A DNA stretch of 64,000 nucleotides from an uncultured Isosphaeraceae bacterium (GCA_963781785.1 CAWAHD010000003.1:632093-696092); one strand, 5' to 3'. Shown: positions 51,754-62,332, counted from the stretch's first letter. Notes: generated by a model not told the origin, from the letters alone. Numbers and translations: made by a program.

Positions 51754-52768
51754 ATGGTCCGTGTGATCGGCAGCGATCCCGGAACCACCAGCCTCGACCT
51801 GCTCCTGCTGGAAAACGGCATCGTCGTGGATCAAGCGCGTCACTTTCCCGACGATCTCGTGCGTGATTCCGCGCTCCTCGATCGCTTGCTCGAAAACTGG
51901 GCGCCGATCGATCTGGTCGCCGCTCCGTCGGGACATGGACTTCCGCTCGTGCGGGGCGAAGCCTTCACGGAAGACCACCTCGATCAGATGTGTCTGATCA
52001 GGCCGGACGAACGTGGACGCCCAAGCGGCGTCATCGGGTTTCGAGCCTGGATTCGCGCCTTTCTGCGCTCCGGGGTGCCGGTCGTATTCCTGCCCGGAGG
52101 GCTGCACCTTCCAACGATTCCCGCCCATCGCAAGGTAAACAGCGTCGACATCGGAACAGCCGACAAGGTAGCCGTGGCGGCGCTCGCCCTCTGGTTCGAT
52201 GCGCTCGAGTCGGGCGGCTGTGGCCACTCGACGTTCGCCGTGGCCGAGATCGGGTCGGCTTTCACGGCAATCCTGGTCATTGAGCTGGGGCGCTTGGTCG
52301 ACGCCTCCGCCGGAACCCGCGGCCCGATCGGACTACGTTCCGGAGGTAGCTGGGACGGCGAAGTCGCCTACTGGCGCGGCCCACTCACCAAGGAAGACCT
52401 GTTTCGAGGAGGCTTTCCAGACCTGGGATCCGTGGCTGCCGACGCATTTCGCGAATCCCTCGTCAAGCACGCCGCCGGCTTACGATCCGTCACGCCGTTC
52501 GAACGGATCTACCTTTCCGGGAGGGGACTCGAGCAGCCCGAGATCGCTCGGCTGGCGCGAGGCACTTGGGCGTTTTGGCCGGGTCACCACCTTGCCGATA
52601 CTTCCTGGGGCTTGGGTCAAGCATGCTGCGCAGGGTTCAGCCGTCCTGGCGGATGCCCTCGCCGGTGGCCGATTCGCCCCGGTCGCCGAAGCGCTCGAGA
52701 TCAGGTCCGCCAGAGGCTCGGTCTGGGATGTGCTCGAACGGCCAGTGAACTATCGAGACAAAAGTTGA
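51754..52768 (+). CDS. H4MPT-linked C1-transfer pathway associated protein (ASKHA-fold, DUF1464/TIGR03123-like); frameshift near 52575
   Basis: N-terminus VRVIGSDPGTTSLDLLLLENG (actin-like ATPase phosphate-1 motif); genomic context with fae/mtdB. Confidence 0.5.
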
Positions 52769-52795
52769 CGAACACCATTTCGCGGGGCGAACCGA

Positions 52796-53161
52796 TCACT
52801 TCTTGGCTTGAACAAACTTGTTCGGGGTGCCCTCGAGCGGACCTCCCGGCTCAGGACGCCAGAGAACGGTTTCCTCGATCTTCCGGGCCAGGGCAAAATC
52901 CTTGTCGGTGATTCCTCCCTCGGAATGGGTCTTGAGCTTGACCCAGACCTTGCCCCAGGTCACAGACAGATCGGCGTGATGCCAGGCGGCTTCACACAGG
53001 TAGCCAACAGCATTCACGAGCATCAGTGTCGTCGGCCAGCCGTCGGTATTGTATTTTCGACGCAGCCAGCCGTCTTCCAACGACCAGGCGTCGAGCCCGT
53101 CGGCCTGAAGCCGGGCTGTCACTTCCTCGTCGCCGTACACCTTCATCTTACCCTCGGACAT
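52796..53161 (-). CDS. pterin-4-alpha-carbinolamine dehydratase (PCD/DCoH)
   Basis: EDGWLRRKYNTDGWPTTLMLVNAVGYLCEAAWHHADLSVTWGKVWVKLKTH matches the PCD consensus (E-x-HHP-core). Confidence 0.75.
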   Translation of the reverse strand: MSEGKMKVYGDEEVTARLQADGLDAWSLEDGWLRRKYNTDGWPTTLMLVNAVGYLCEAAWHHADLSVTWGKVWVKLKTHSEGGITDKDFALARKIEETVLWRPEPGGPLEGTPNKFVQAKK

Positions 53162-53173
53162 GGTCAGCCTCCT

Positions 53174-54229
53174 TCAGAAGCCGAGACCCTTGGTCGAGAG
53201 GCGAACGCGGCCGATGTACATGTCGGCCGTGATATAGAGAACCGACCCGTCGCCACCCCAGCCGCAGTTGGCCGTCGCCTGGCCCGTGCTGAAGGTGCCG
53301 AGATGGGTCCCGTCCGGTGCGAACACCAGGACGCCGCCAGGCCCAGTCGCGAACAGGTTACCGGCGACATCGACTTTCATGCCGTCGGGCAACCCTTTCT
53401 TCGTCGAGGTTTCGCTGGTCGTATCGGCGAACACACGCCCCTCGCCGAGCATGCCGTCACCTTTGACCGGGAAGGCCATCCAGATCGCTCGCTTGGGGTC
53501 TGAGTTTGCCACGTACAGAGTTTTCTCATCAGGCGAAAACGCGATCCCGTTGGGGAAAGTGAGCTCCCTGGTAAGCAAAGTCAGAGTACCGTCGGCCGCG
53601 GAGAGCCGGTACACGCCATTGAAATCAAGCTCCTTGGCCCGATCCTGATTGTTCTTGATGAGACCATAAGGCGGATCGGTGAAATAGAGGTCGCCGTTGG
53701 ACTTGAAGACGCCGTCGTTGGGGCTGTTGAGCCGCTTTCCCATGTACTCGCTGGCCAGGGTCGTGAACTTCCCGTCAGACTCGAGGCGAGCGACTCGGCG
53801 GTCTCCATGCTGGCACAGCACCAAGCGGCCCTGCCGGTCCATGAGCAGACCATTCGAGCCAGGCTCGCCACCGCGCGGGACCGAGCCGGTGTAGCCACTG
53901 GGCTTGAGGAAAACGCTGGCTCCCTTGCCTTCCTCCCACTTGAAGACCGTGTTAAGCGGAACGTCCGAAAACAACAGAAAATGATTTGCCCGGTCCCAGA
54001 CGGGTCCTTCGGACCAGTCGAACCCATCGGCGATGCGTTCGACCCGCGCATCCTTGGGGACGAGCCGGTCGAAGCGCGGCTCGATCCGCTCGATCGTGCC
54101 GAGGGTGGGCAGCTCGGTTTTCACCTGGGCCGTCGCTTGCTGAACTCCAAGGCCAAGCCACGCGCCAAGGGTCAAGGCGGCGAATGCCGCACAGCCAGGC
54201 AATCTGCGTTCTGATCGGTGTCTCTTCAT
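53174..54229 (-). CDS. SMP-30/gluconolactonase/LRE family protein, secreted
   Basis: Signal peptide; DGFDWSEGPVWD...NSPNDGVF...FPNGIAFSPDEKTLYVA six-bladed propeller motifs. Confidence 0.75.
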   Translation of the reverse strand: MKRHRSERRLPGCAAFAALTLGAWLGLGVQQATAQVKTELPTLGTIERIEPRFDRLVPKDARVERIADGFDWSEGPVWDRANHFLLFSDVPLNTVFKWEEGKGASVFLKPSGYTGSVPRGGEPGSNGLLMDRQGRLVLCQHGDRRVARLESDGKFTTLASEYMGKRLNSPNDGVFKSNGDLYFTDPPYGLIKNNQDRAKELDFNGVYRLSAADGTLTLLTRELTFPNGIAFSPDEKTLYVANSDPKRAIWMAFPVKGDGMLGEGRVFADTTSETSTKKGLPDGMKVDVAGNLFATGPGGVLVFAPDGTHLGTFSTGQATANCGWGGDGSVLYITADMYIGRVRLSTKGLGF

Positions 54230-54385
54230 GATGACCAGGTCCCGGAGCCGCCAATCGATCGTCGGACGAAGCCACCCGCCCCGCCACCCGATTACTTACG
54301 TTATCTCGCGCCGGCCGCCCGAGCAACGATCCACTGCGTGCAATCGGCTCGGTGGCCCCAGCCCGGTTCGAGCCGATCCTACCAG

Positions 54386-55581
54386 TCAAGCGGTCCTTGC
54401 GGTCATGTCCTTCTTGTGCAGTTCGCCGGCAAGCTCGTCGAAACAATCAAGCAAGGCGCGCGCCGAACGGTCCCAGGAGAACAAGCTCGACTGCTCTCGG
54501 GCCAAGCCGGCCAGCTCGTGACGAAGGGCCGGATCACCCATGAATGAACGAATGGCCTGCGCGATCGAGCCGATGTCGTTGGGGTCGAAGTAGACGCCGG
54601 CACGGCCCACAACTTCGGGCAACGAACCGGCCAGGCTCGAGAGGACCGGCGTGCCGCAGGCCATTGCCTCGACCGCCGGCAGTCCGAATCCTTCCAGGAG
54701 CGAAGGCAGCACCAGAGCACTTGCACGGCTATAGAGGAAGACGAGATCTTCGTCCGGCACAAATCCCGTCATGATCACGCGGTCGTTCAAGTGATGCCTT
54801 GCGATCGCCGAGCGGATCTGCGGCACGTGGGTATGGAATACGTCATGAATGTCGCCCGTGAGCACGAGCCTTGTCTCTGCCGGTGCCGATTGGGCAAACG
54901 CATCGACCAGCCGGAGCAGGTTTTTATGCGGGCTCAAGCCGCCGACGTACAGCAGGAAAGGCGCGTCTTGCGGGATGGCCAGGCGATCGAGTACAGCGCC
55001 GGCGCGGAAATCGTCGCCCCGGGGCTGAAAGATCGGATCGGGTCCTTCCGTGATCACGGCAATCTTCCGATCGGGCCAGCCTGACCATGCCGAGATGGCG
55101 CGGCGGGACGCTTGGGAGACGGTCACGAGCCGGTCGGCCCGGCGAACCGCGGCTCCTTCCTTGAGCCGCCACGCAAGCCGGCCTGCAAGCGTCGGAAAGA
55201 CGAGATCGGGATGAGTGAAGGGCAGCGTGTCGTGCATGGTCACGACGACCTTGGCGACGTTCCAGACGGGGAAGTAGCTGTAAGTCGCCGGAAAGTACAT
55301 GAGGTCGATCCCGGACCGAGCGACTGCAAAACTCATCGCGAGCAAGTCGCGCCATCCCCGCCGGCCGCTGGCCGACGCCGCCTGGCTGGCGCTTCCCGGA
55401 CGTCGACCACGACCCGGCTGAACGCCGCCGGGATGGAGACATCGGCCGCGGAGGGACGATCGATGAAGACAGTGAAACGATGACTGGCCGGCTGATGCGA
55501 AAGCGCTTCGAGCAGCAGTCGAGCAAAGCGACCAAACCCGCGGCGATTCGACAGACAGCTTCCGTCGATTCCTATTCTCAT
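54386..55581 (-). CDS. glycosyltransferase family 4 (GT-B), frameshifted near 55340 (ORFs 55333..55626 and 54386..55345)
   Basis: N-terminus MRIGIDGSCLSNRRGFGRF; C-terminal EGFGLPAVEAMACGTPV motif. Confidence 0.7.
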
Positions 55582-55629
55582 GACCGGGCTCTCGTGCGGG
55601 CCGTATTGATCGTGCGACGGACTCACAGA

Positions 55630-56786
55630 CTATCGCGCTTTAGCTCTCCAGCGTGCCAGCCCGAGCGGCCGCCTCGCGGCCGCCGGCTTGGGGATCGATC
55701 GGGCGCCCTTGTCCGTTCGTTCGCGCGAGGCACTTCGAATCGTGTCCGTGGGGCGCTTCTGTGCGAGCCAGTAAAACTGGGCGATCAACACCGACAACCC
55801 GCAGCAGCAGTAGTAGAGACAGTGGAGAGGTACGGCGGCGACTGTCAACGCAAAGCCTCCGCGGCGGGCGAAGAGTCGAAAGAGATCAAAGTTCAAGCCG
55901 ACGATTGCCGCCAGGCCGGCGGGCACGCCGATCGAGGCGAGTGGCAAGAGCGGGGAGCAAAGGCCAGCCAGCAGTGTCAGGCCGGTCACAGCCACGCACG
56001 CTTTCTGGCGGCGGCTGACGTTGAGGTCGGATTCCAGCGTGCCGGTTCGCTTGATCAGGAGCATCCAGGGAACACCACGGCGAAAGACGTCGGTGCGCAC
56101 CATCTCGAACAGGGTCCACCGCTTGAGGTGGGTCGCCAGAACGTCGCGCCCAGGACAATTTGGTGGCCGGCGCGGGTCAGGCGGTAGCCCAGCTCGATAT
56201 CCTCGATGGCAGGACGGGGATATAACCGAGGGTCGAACCCGCCAAATTCGAGAAACGCCTCGCGGCGGATGATTCCACAGCCGGTCCAGAAAGTATGGGC
56301 AGGTCGGATTCCGCCGTGGAACGTCCCCTGCTGGTGGACGAAGTGATGGAGCAGATTCCGGTACTGGCTGACAACTCCCGGGGCGGCTGGGTAATCGTCG
56401 TACGACCCGAACAAAGCGGTGAGCGCCGGCTCGGCCTCGAACCGGGCCAGGGCAAGCCCCAGAGTTTCCGGGTGCACGGCCACGTCGGCATCGAGGAAGA
56501 AGATCAACGGTGATGCGGCAGCCCGGGCGCCCAGATTGCGGGCAGCCGCTGGACCTCGCGGCGTCGGAACCCGGACCACGACGGCCCCCGCCTGGAGCGC
56601 CAGAGATCCCGAGTCGTCGGTCGAGCCGTCATCAACGACGATCAGCTCGAAATCGGAGAGGAGCGAAGCGCGAAGCCGCTGGAGGCAGCGCTCGAAGTCG
56701 CGGCCACCGTTTCGCACGGGGACCACGACCGAGAGCGACGGCCTCCGCAGCGCCGGGCTCGCCGGACCGGCGGGGACGTCGTCCAT
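55630..56786 (-). CDS. glycosyltransferase family 2 with C-terminal membrane domain; frameshifted near 56080
   Basis: SVVVPVRNGG...IVVDDGSTDDS...FLDADV GT2 motifs; C-terminal TM region in ORF 55630..56103. Confidence 0.7.
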
Positions 56787-57098
56787 GATTGACCCTCGCC
56801 CGTCAATTCTCGACACGCGCCGGAATGCGCCTCCATCCGTGGGATCGCCCAAACGCGCACCGATACAGCATTGCGGCAAAACGGGGCGAATAATCGCCGC
56901 GAGAAGGTCGAGGTGTCGCGTCCAGCCGCGCCGCCGCAAGACTGTCGCGACGAGCCGGCGAACTCTATCCTGAACGCCCAGGTCTGTCAATCTGGCCCGG
57001 AGTCCCCGTTCGTCGACAAACGTGCATTCGCGACTTCGGACCGACGCGCGATCCCTCCACGAATTGGGTTCAACAGCCGGGACCGACCCTCACCGGAG

Positions 57099-57848
57099 TC
57101 ACGGCGGGTCCGTACGCTGCCTCATGAACGGACGGCAATAATTCAGAAGACTCAAGTCGCTCAATTCTTCCTCGAGATCGTTCTGAGTGGGGCAGCTCAG
57201 GCTGGCCAGCACTTCTGCTAGTAAAAAGTTAACATATTTGCGTCTCGATCGCTGGAGGGCCTGCCGCACGGCTCCGGGAGAGAGGGGCCGGCCGAGCGTG
57301 ACGGCCAGTCGCTCGGCAAGCTGGCCGGAGGACAGCTCGGGATGGTCGACCCGGAATCGGAGCACCGTGTTATAAGGCTGGCCGGTGCTCTTCTCGAGAG
57401 CCGACAGCGAACTCCAGGCACGATCCAAAAGGTCGGTCCGCCAGCTCTCGAGAAACTGCCGCTCGAATTGCGCGGGCCCGTCGTCATCGACGCCGGGCTC
57501 TGTGCCCCCCGAGTTTCTCAACCGGTCTGATCGCTTGCGCCGGTGATAGTCATTGATCAGATTCTGGACGGCACGCTTCACGTAGTCGCGAAAGCGGCCT
57601 CGCTTGGGGTCGGCATGACGAAAGCTGCCCTGGAGGAACCGCACCGCGAATTCCTGGTCAAGCTCGGCAGCGGCATCAGGATCTTTGAGCGCCTTGAGCA
57701 AGTAGCGATGGACGGCTCCGGAATAACGGCACATCAGCTCGGAGACCGCAACGTTCATCTTGCCCGGCTTACCAGAATGGGCCTCGAACACCATGGTCCA
57801 GTGAGTCGACAAGTCGCTGAGCAACGGTTCCGATTCGACGTGTTCCAC
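57099..57848 (-). CDS. ECF-like sigma-70 family sigma factor (planctomycete-type, 249 aa)
   Basis: Region-2-like FRDYVKRAVQNLINDYHRRK and region-4-like HTH LSSGQLAERLAVTLGRPLSPGAVRQALQRSRRKYVNFL. Confidence 0.65.
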   Translation of the reverse strand: MEHVESEPLLSDLSTHWTMVFEAHSGKPGKMNVAVSELMCRYSGAVHRYLLKALKDPDAAAELDQEFAVRFLQGSFRHADPKRGRFRDYVKRAVQNLINDYHRRKRSDRLRNSGGTEPGVDDDGPAQFERQFLESWRTDLLDRAWSSLSALEKSTGQPYNTVLRFRVDHPELSSGQLAERLAVTLGRPLSPGAVRQALQRSRRKYVNFLLAEVLASLSCPTQNDLEEELSDLSLLNYCRPFMRQRTDPP

Positions 57849-58125
57849 GATTCACGCTCCGGCACCGAAGGGTTTCCACGGGAGAGGAGTTCGGTCGAGA
57901 TCCGAGTTCGAGCCAGCCGGCACCTGTCATTTTACACGTGGCGATCAAGGGCTTGCAAAAGCACGAAGCCCAAAAAAATCGCTGGGGTCGCGCAAGACAG
58001 GCGCCCCACTTGCCCGTATGAGAGAGCGGAATGGTTGAAAGACAGCGGGCCGCGGCGAGTTCGGTGAAGCCGGACCAGCGACCCTAGCGGAAGCCAAGAG
58101 ACGGATCCCGTTATCGAGGCTGGTC

Positions 58126-59166
58126 ATGAACGGTACTTTTCCTTGTCTTATGCGGTCATACACTCCCATGCCCATCGACGAAATGCCGAAGACTGAAGTC
58201 GCCTGGCACGCACTGCTCAATCGCCCGGAGGCCCGAGTTCTGGACGCGACGGAGGAACGCGAGCTGTTGATCGAGCTGATCGATCACCGCACCCAGCTTT
58301 TCGCCTGTCTGGGCCAGACCAGTGAGCAGGATTGGGGCACTCCGGGCGGGGAACTGGAATTTCAGCAACGAGTGCGCGAGCTGGCCAGCCCGATCACCCC
58401 CCTCGATCCCGCCTGCGCCGCGGCTGTACCCGTGGCACGTCGGTATCAGGAGCTCAGGACCAAACTGGCGATGGCCAATGTGCGCCTGGTCGCCCACGTC
58501 GCCAAGCGATACCACGGCCGGGGGATCCCGCCCGGCGACCTGATCCATGAAGGAGTCTGCGGCCTGCTCTCGGCGATCGACCGATTCGATCTCATGAACG
58601 ATACCCGTCTGGCCACCTACGCGATCTGGTGGATCCGCCAGGGCATTCAGCGCGCCATTGCCAACGGAGCGTATCCGGTTCGATTGAACCCCAGGCAGCT
58701 TCACCAGTTGGCGAGAGCCCAGAATGAGCCGGACGGAGCGGACAGCCCGTCTGTGCCCATGACCAGAGCACGGGTCGATCAACCGGGCGGGATGTGTTCG
58801 CAAACCTACGAGCGTCTGCTCATGGCCACGCGGCCCACACTTTCCCTCGATGCACCCCGAGGCTGGAACGGCAGCCGGTCGCTCGTCGACTACTTCCAGG
58901 CCCACAACGACGACGAGCCACCCCAAGAAGACATGGGCGAGTGCGTGGGAGACATGATCAAGATGCTCAATCCTCGCGAGCAGTACGTGCTCAAGCTGCG
59001 GTTTGGCCTGGCCGGCGCGACACCTCATACCCTCGTCCAGGTCAGTCGGACGCTGGGTGTTTCCAAGGAGCGAATTCGCCAGATCCAGGCTCGCGCAATC
59101 AGCAAGCTTCGAAATTCGCCGCTGGCACGGTCTCATCGAAGACTAGCCGAAGCCGCGGCCGTGTGA
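58126..59166 (+). CDS. sigma-70 family RNA polymerase sigma factor (group 3-like; regions 2, 3, 4); start uncertain
   Basis: Region 2 RLVAHVAKRYHGRGIPPGDLIHEGVCGLLSAIDRFD...TYAIWWIRQGIQRAI; region 4 LNPREQYVLKLRFGL...LVQVSRTLGVSKERIRQIQARAISKLR. Confidence 0.75.
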   Translation: MNGTFPCLMRSYTPMPIDEMPKTEVAWHALLNRPEARVLDATEERELLIELIDHRTQLFACLGQTSEQDWGTPGGELEFQQRVRELASPITPLDPACAAAVPVARRYQELRTKLAMANVRLVAHVAKRYHGRGIPPGDLIHEGVCGLLSAIDRFDLMNDTRLATYAIWWIRQGIQRAIANGAYPVRLNPRQLHQLARAQNEPDGADSPSVPMTRARVDQPGGMCSQTYERLLMATRPTLSLDAPRGWNGSRSLVDYFQAHNDDEPPQEDMGECVGDMIKMLNPREQYVLKLRFGLAGATPHTLVQVSRTLGVSKERIRQIQARAISKLRNSPLARSHRRLAEAAAV

Positions 59167-59321
59167 TCACGCCGAGACAGCCCGAAGGGCCGCGGCGTGA
59201 ACAGAGTGAAGCCAGAAGCCTGATTGATGGGTACTGGCTCGAAGGGGGCTGAGGCGACGTCGCCTCCCCCCCGAGAGCCAGGTGTGAACAGGGACGATCG
59301 CACCGGGCTCGACTCCACGAT

Positions 59322-60422
59322 CTATGCCCCGGCAGCATCAGGGCCGCCTCCGTTTCGCTCGCGCTCGAGAATGAGCCGGTCAAAGCCATGGAGGAGCATT
59401 TCGCGGGGCGAATAGGGCCCGGATCGATAGGCGCACGAAGAAAGGCCAAGCTGCATCTGTTCGCAGACGTACCAGTCTTGACGATTCGTCAAGTCCCAGA
59501 ACGTCACCGCGTCGTCGGGGTCGAAATCGGACGCGGCGATCGCGTCGGGGTGAAACAGCCATTCGCACACAATCTCGGTACGGTCGACTGCACGCGGCCA
59601 GAGGCTGTGAGTCAGCACATAATCCGGATGCAGGCTGAGCAGCAAATTCGGCAGGAACGCGTAGAAGTAAACGTAGCGGCAATCTTGAGCGGTCAGTCCC
59701 GGCAAGCAACAGCGGCGCAGCCGGCCGTCAGACGACATGGTGTCAATCCCTTCACGCAAAAGCATTCGGCCCCCGAGATAGCTCGATTCGGCGGGCTCAT
59801 TCACGCCGCTCAGGTAGTGCGATAGCTTCTGGAGCTGCGGGTGAACTCCCGGGCAATGCAGACACTCGGAATAATTGTGGATGATCAGCTTCCAGTTGGC
59901 GGCGACGTCGTAAGCGACGCGCTTGCCGAGCTTGAGCCCGTCCATTCCCCAGGCGCGGAACCGCTCGTCCATGCCGTTGAGCTGCCGTGAGAGCGGCGCA
60001 GGTTTCTCCGCCAGGTTGAGGAACAAATTCCCGTCCCAGATACTGGCGGCGACCGCCTGGAGCGGGTAATCCTCGAGCCGAAAATTGGCGACGCCCTCCA
60101 TCTGCGGGGCAGCCACCAGGCAGCCGCCCAGGTTGTAGGTCCACGCGTGGTAAGGACATTGAATGGTCGCCGCGAACCGTCCCGATCGCTGGGCGACCAG
60201 CCGGGTTCCCCGGTGGCGGCAAACGTTGCAATACGCTCGGATACTGCCAGAATTGTCGCGGACGACGATCAGGCTCTCGCCGGCGATCTCGCGCACAACG
60301 AAGTCGCCGGGACCAGGGATCTCGTCGGCCCGGCCGGCATGAAACCACGCGCCACGGAAGAATGAATCGAGCTCGGCGTGGTAATGACGGTCGTCGATGT
60401 AATATCGGGCGGGCAGGCTCAT
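59322..60422 (-). CDS. Rieske [2Fe-2S] domain oxygenase (ring-hydroxylating dioxygenase alpha-subunit-like)
   Basis: Rieske motif CNVCRHRG...CPYHAW; C-terminal catalytic-domain-like region. Confidence 0.7.
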   Translation of the reverse strand: MSLPARYYIDDRHYHAELDSFFRGAWFHAGRADEIPGPGDFVVREIAGESLIVVRDNSGSIRAYCNVCRHRGTRLVAQRSGRFAATIQCPYHAWTYNLGGCLVAAPQMEGVANFRLEDYPLQAVAASIWDGNLFLNLAEKPAPLSRQLNGMDERFRAWGMDGLKLGKRVAYDVAANWKLIIHNYSECLHCPGVHPQLQKLSHYLSGVNEPAESSYLGGRMLLREGIDTMSSDGRLRRCCLPGLTAQDCRYVYFYAFLPNLLLSLHPDYVLTHSLWPRAVDRTEIVCEWLFHPDAIAASDFDPDDAVTFWDLTNRQDWYVCEQMQLGLSSCAYRSGPYSPREMLLHGFDRLILERERNGGGPDAAGA

Positions 60423-60901
60423 CGCGGCAGGTTCTTGCGCACTCAAGAGATGATCCTCCCCGCCTGCATGAACAGAACTCGCGCTTGTGGCACCGATCCG
60501 AGATCCGGAAGCCGAATCGTCGAAAAGCGGACGGCTCGGATCCACGATGGGAGATTCTAAGTCCGGAACGCGGAATCGGGAATCGGGCAAGGTGTCGAAC
60601 CGACATTTTTCGGGCAAACACCTCGGCCGCCTGGCATCGCGGCGGCGCCGAGATGGTCGCACTGGCCGTGTCGCCGGTTAGAGTTTCTTGCCTGGCAAGT
60701 GCCATTTTGGCAGTTGGGTTCGTTTCGCAATTTTTGGTACCCCGATCGCGTCAGGAAGCGCGCCATTCTGGCAGTTGGATTCGGTCGGCGCCGTCGGCGC
60801 GGTGGGCATTGTGACGATTAATCGGAATCGGTCGATTCACGTCGCAGTTGGAAACAACGACGCGACACACGGCTAGACAGCCGGGTCTTTTGTAGGTCAG
60901 G

Positions 60902-61190
60902 CTTTCGAGCCTGACGGTTCGAGAGTAGGTCAGGCTTTCCAGCCTGACGGTTCGAGAGTAGGTCAGGCTTTCGAGCCTGACGGTTCGAGGGTAGGTCAGG
61001 CTTTCCAGCCTGACGGTTCGAGGGTAGGTCAGGCTTTCCAGCCTGACGGTTCGAGAGTAGGTCAGGCTTTCGAGCCTGACGGTTCGAGAGTAGGTCAGGC
61101 TTTCCAGCCTGACGGTTCGAGAGTAGGTCAGGCTTTCGGGCCTGACTCTTTGGGATGTCAGGCTGGAAAGCCTGACCTACGGGAATCGAA
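60902..61190. repeat. Tandem array of 8 direct copies (33-bp period) plus 1 inverted copy of palindromic repeat GTAGGTCAGGCTTTC(C/G)AGCCTGACGGTTCGAG(A/G)
   Basis: Read directly; units abut without spacers; variation confined to the hairpin loop (TTCC/TTCG) and linker; same family as 9187..9307. Confidence 0.85.
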
Positions 61191-61335
61191 TGGGGGCCCG
61201 GGCCCGGCAACAGTTCTAGCCACCTCTCGGGCCATTGTTCGGAAACGCGAGGTTCGAAAGCGCGCAAAGTCGCGCGAACCACCGAAAGCGCCAAAAACTG
61301 CCTCGTTGCCTTAACTACCTATGATAATTGCAGTT

Positions 61336-61574
61336 GCGCCATGTCGTTGGAATAATCGGAACATGAAGGCCCGTTATAACTCTTGAGCTGGATTACACTT
61401 GCACATGTCGTTGGAATAATCGGAAATCTCGGGTTCGTTGCCACATCTCCTTACTAAGAAATCACTTGGCGCATGTCGTTGGAATAATCGGAACTTGATA
61501 GCGAAAATCGGGTGTTTCTGCCACATCTCCTTACCAAATCGTGAGATAGCGCATGTCGTTGGAATAATCGGAAC
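61336..61574 (+). repeat. CRISPR-like mini-array: 4 direct repeats of ~27-35 nt (core GCGCATGTCGTTGGAATAATCGGAAC) separated by 38/41/53-nt spacers; no cas genes in the window
   Basis: Repeats at 61336, 61401, 61468, 61548; spacers 2 and 3 share a 15-nt motif (GCCACATCTCCTTAC), which is atypical for CRISPR. Confidence 0.4.
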
Positions 61575-61711
61575 AGGCCATTCAACCGGCGTTCGAGGGC
61601 TTGTCCGTCGTCGGTTACGAAATTGTTCCCGTTCGCAGCCCGTTGATCGCCTGTCGGCGGCCTTTTGGCCGCCGGCGACGCTGATAGACCGCGCGGTTCG
61701 CATTCGTTGTT

Positions 61712-62332
61712 TCAGTCCGCGTCGAAAACCGCGCTCACGGCGACCGAGAATCCTGCCAACAACACCGATGCCGCCGTATCCCCGCGCCGGTAGACTCCGG
61801 CTTCCTCGTAAGCCTCCCCGCTCAGACGGAGAATCGTGATGGTTTCGGTCTGCGGGTTGACGATCCAGTATTCCGGGACGCGGCCCTCGGCATAGTCGCC
61901 CCGCTTGTCCACCAGATCTCGTTCCGGCTTCTCTTCGCTCACGACTTCCAGGGCGAGGTCGGCGCCCAGCCAGAAACGGTTCTGCCGGCGCGGATCGGCG
62001 GCTTTGAGCAGCAACAGAACATCGGGTTCACGGAATTTGCCCTCCCGGATTCGCAGCCGGAGTGGAGCAAAATGGACTTTGCCGCCCTGGGGCTGCACAA
62101 AGTTGAACAAAGCAAGAAACAAGAACTGGAGGACGCTCTGGTGCTTGTCGGTAGGCATTGGCAGCGCTTCCAGAAAGCCGTCTGTGAACTCGACCAGCCG
62201 GCTCCGGCAGTCGGTCAAGACGAGATACTCCTCGTCGCTCCATTGCCCCTGGGGCGGAAGGAGTTCCTCGAGCAGATCCTTCCATTCCTGGGCAGGCGGA
62301 AGCGTGGTCGCGAGCTCGGGCACAGTCGCCAT
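61712..62332 (-). CDS. Uma2 family endonuclease (DUF820, PD-(D/E)xK nuclease-like)
   Basis: QWSDEEYLVLTDCRSRLVEFTDGFLEALPMPTDKHQSV...EPDVLLLL...YWIVNPQTETITILRL matches Uma2 family topology. Confidence 0.75.
   Translation of the reverse strand: MATVPELATTLPPAQEWKDLLEELLPPQGQWSDEEYLVLTDCRSRLVEFTDGFLEALPMPTDKHQSVLQFLFLALFNFVQPQGGKVHFAPLRLRIREGKFREPDVLLLLKAADPRRQNRFWLGADLALEVVSEEKPERDLVDKRGDYAEGRVPEYWIVNPQTETITILRLSGEAYEEAGVYRRGDTAASVLLAGFSVAVSAVFDAD

Noticed and set aside
60902-61190. 33-bp tandem repeats considered as a CRISPR array
   Set aside because: Units are contiguous with no unique spacers and contain a perfect internal hairpin. This is a REP-like tandem repeat, not CRISPR.
60818-61294. 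158-aa minus-strand ORF encoding an 11-aa tandem repeat (KPDLLSNRQAG) as a real repeat protein
   Set aside because: The ORF is produced by translating the palindromic DNA repeat. Sequence variation tracks the hairpin loop and linker, not codon positions. There is no start context.
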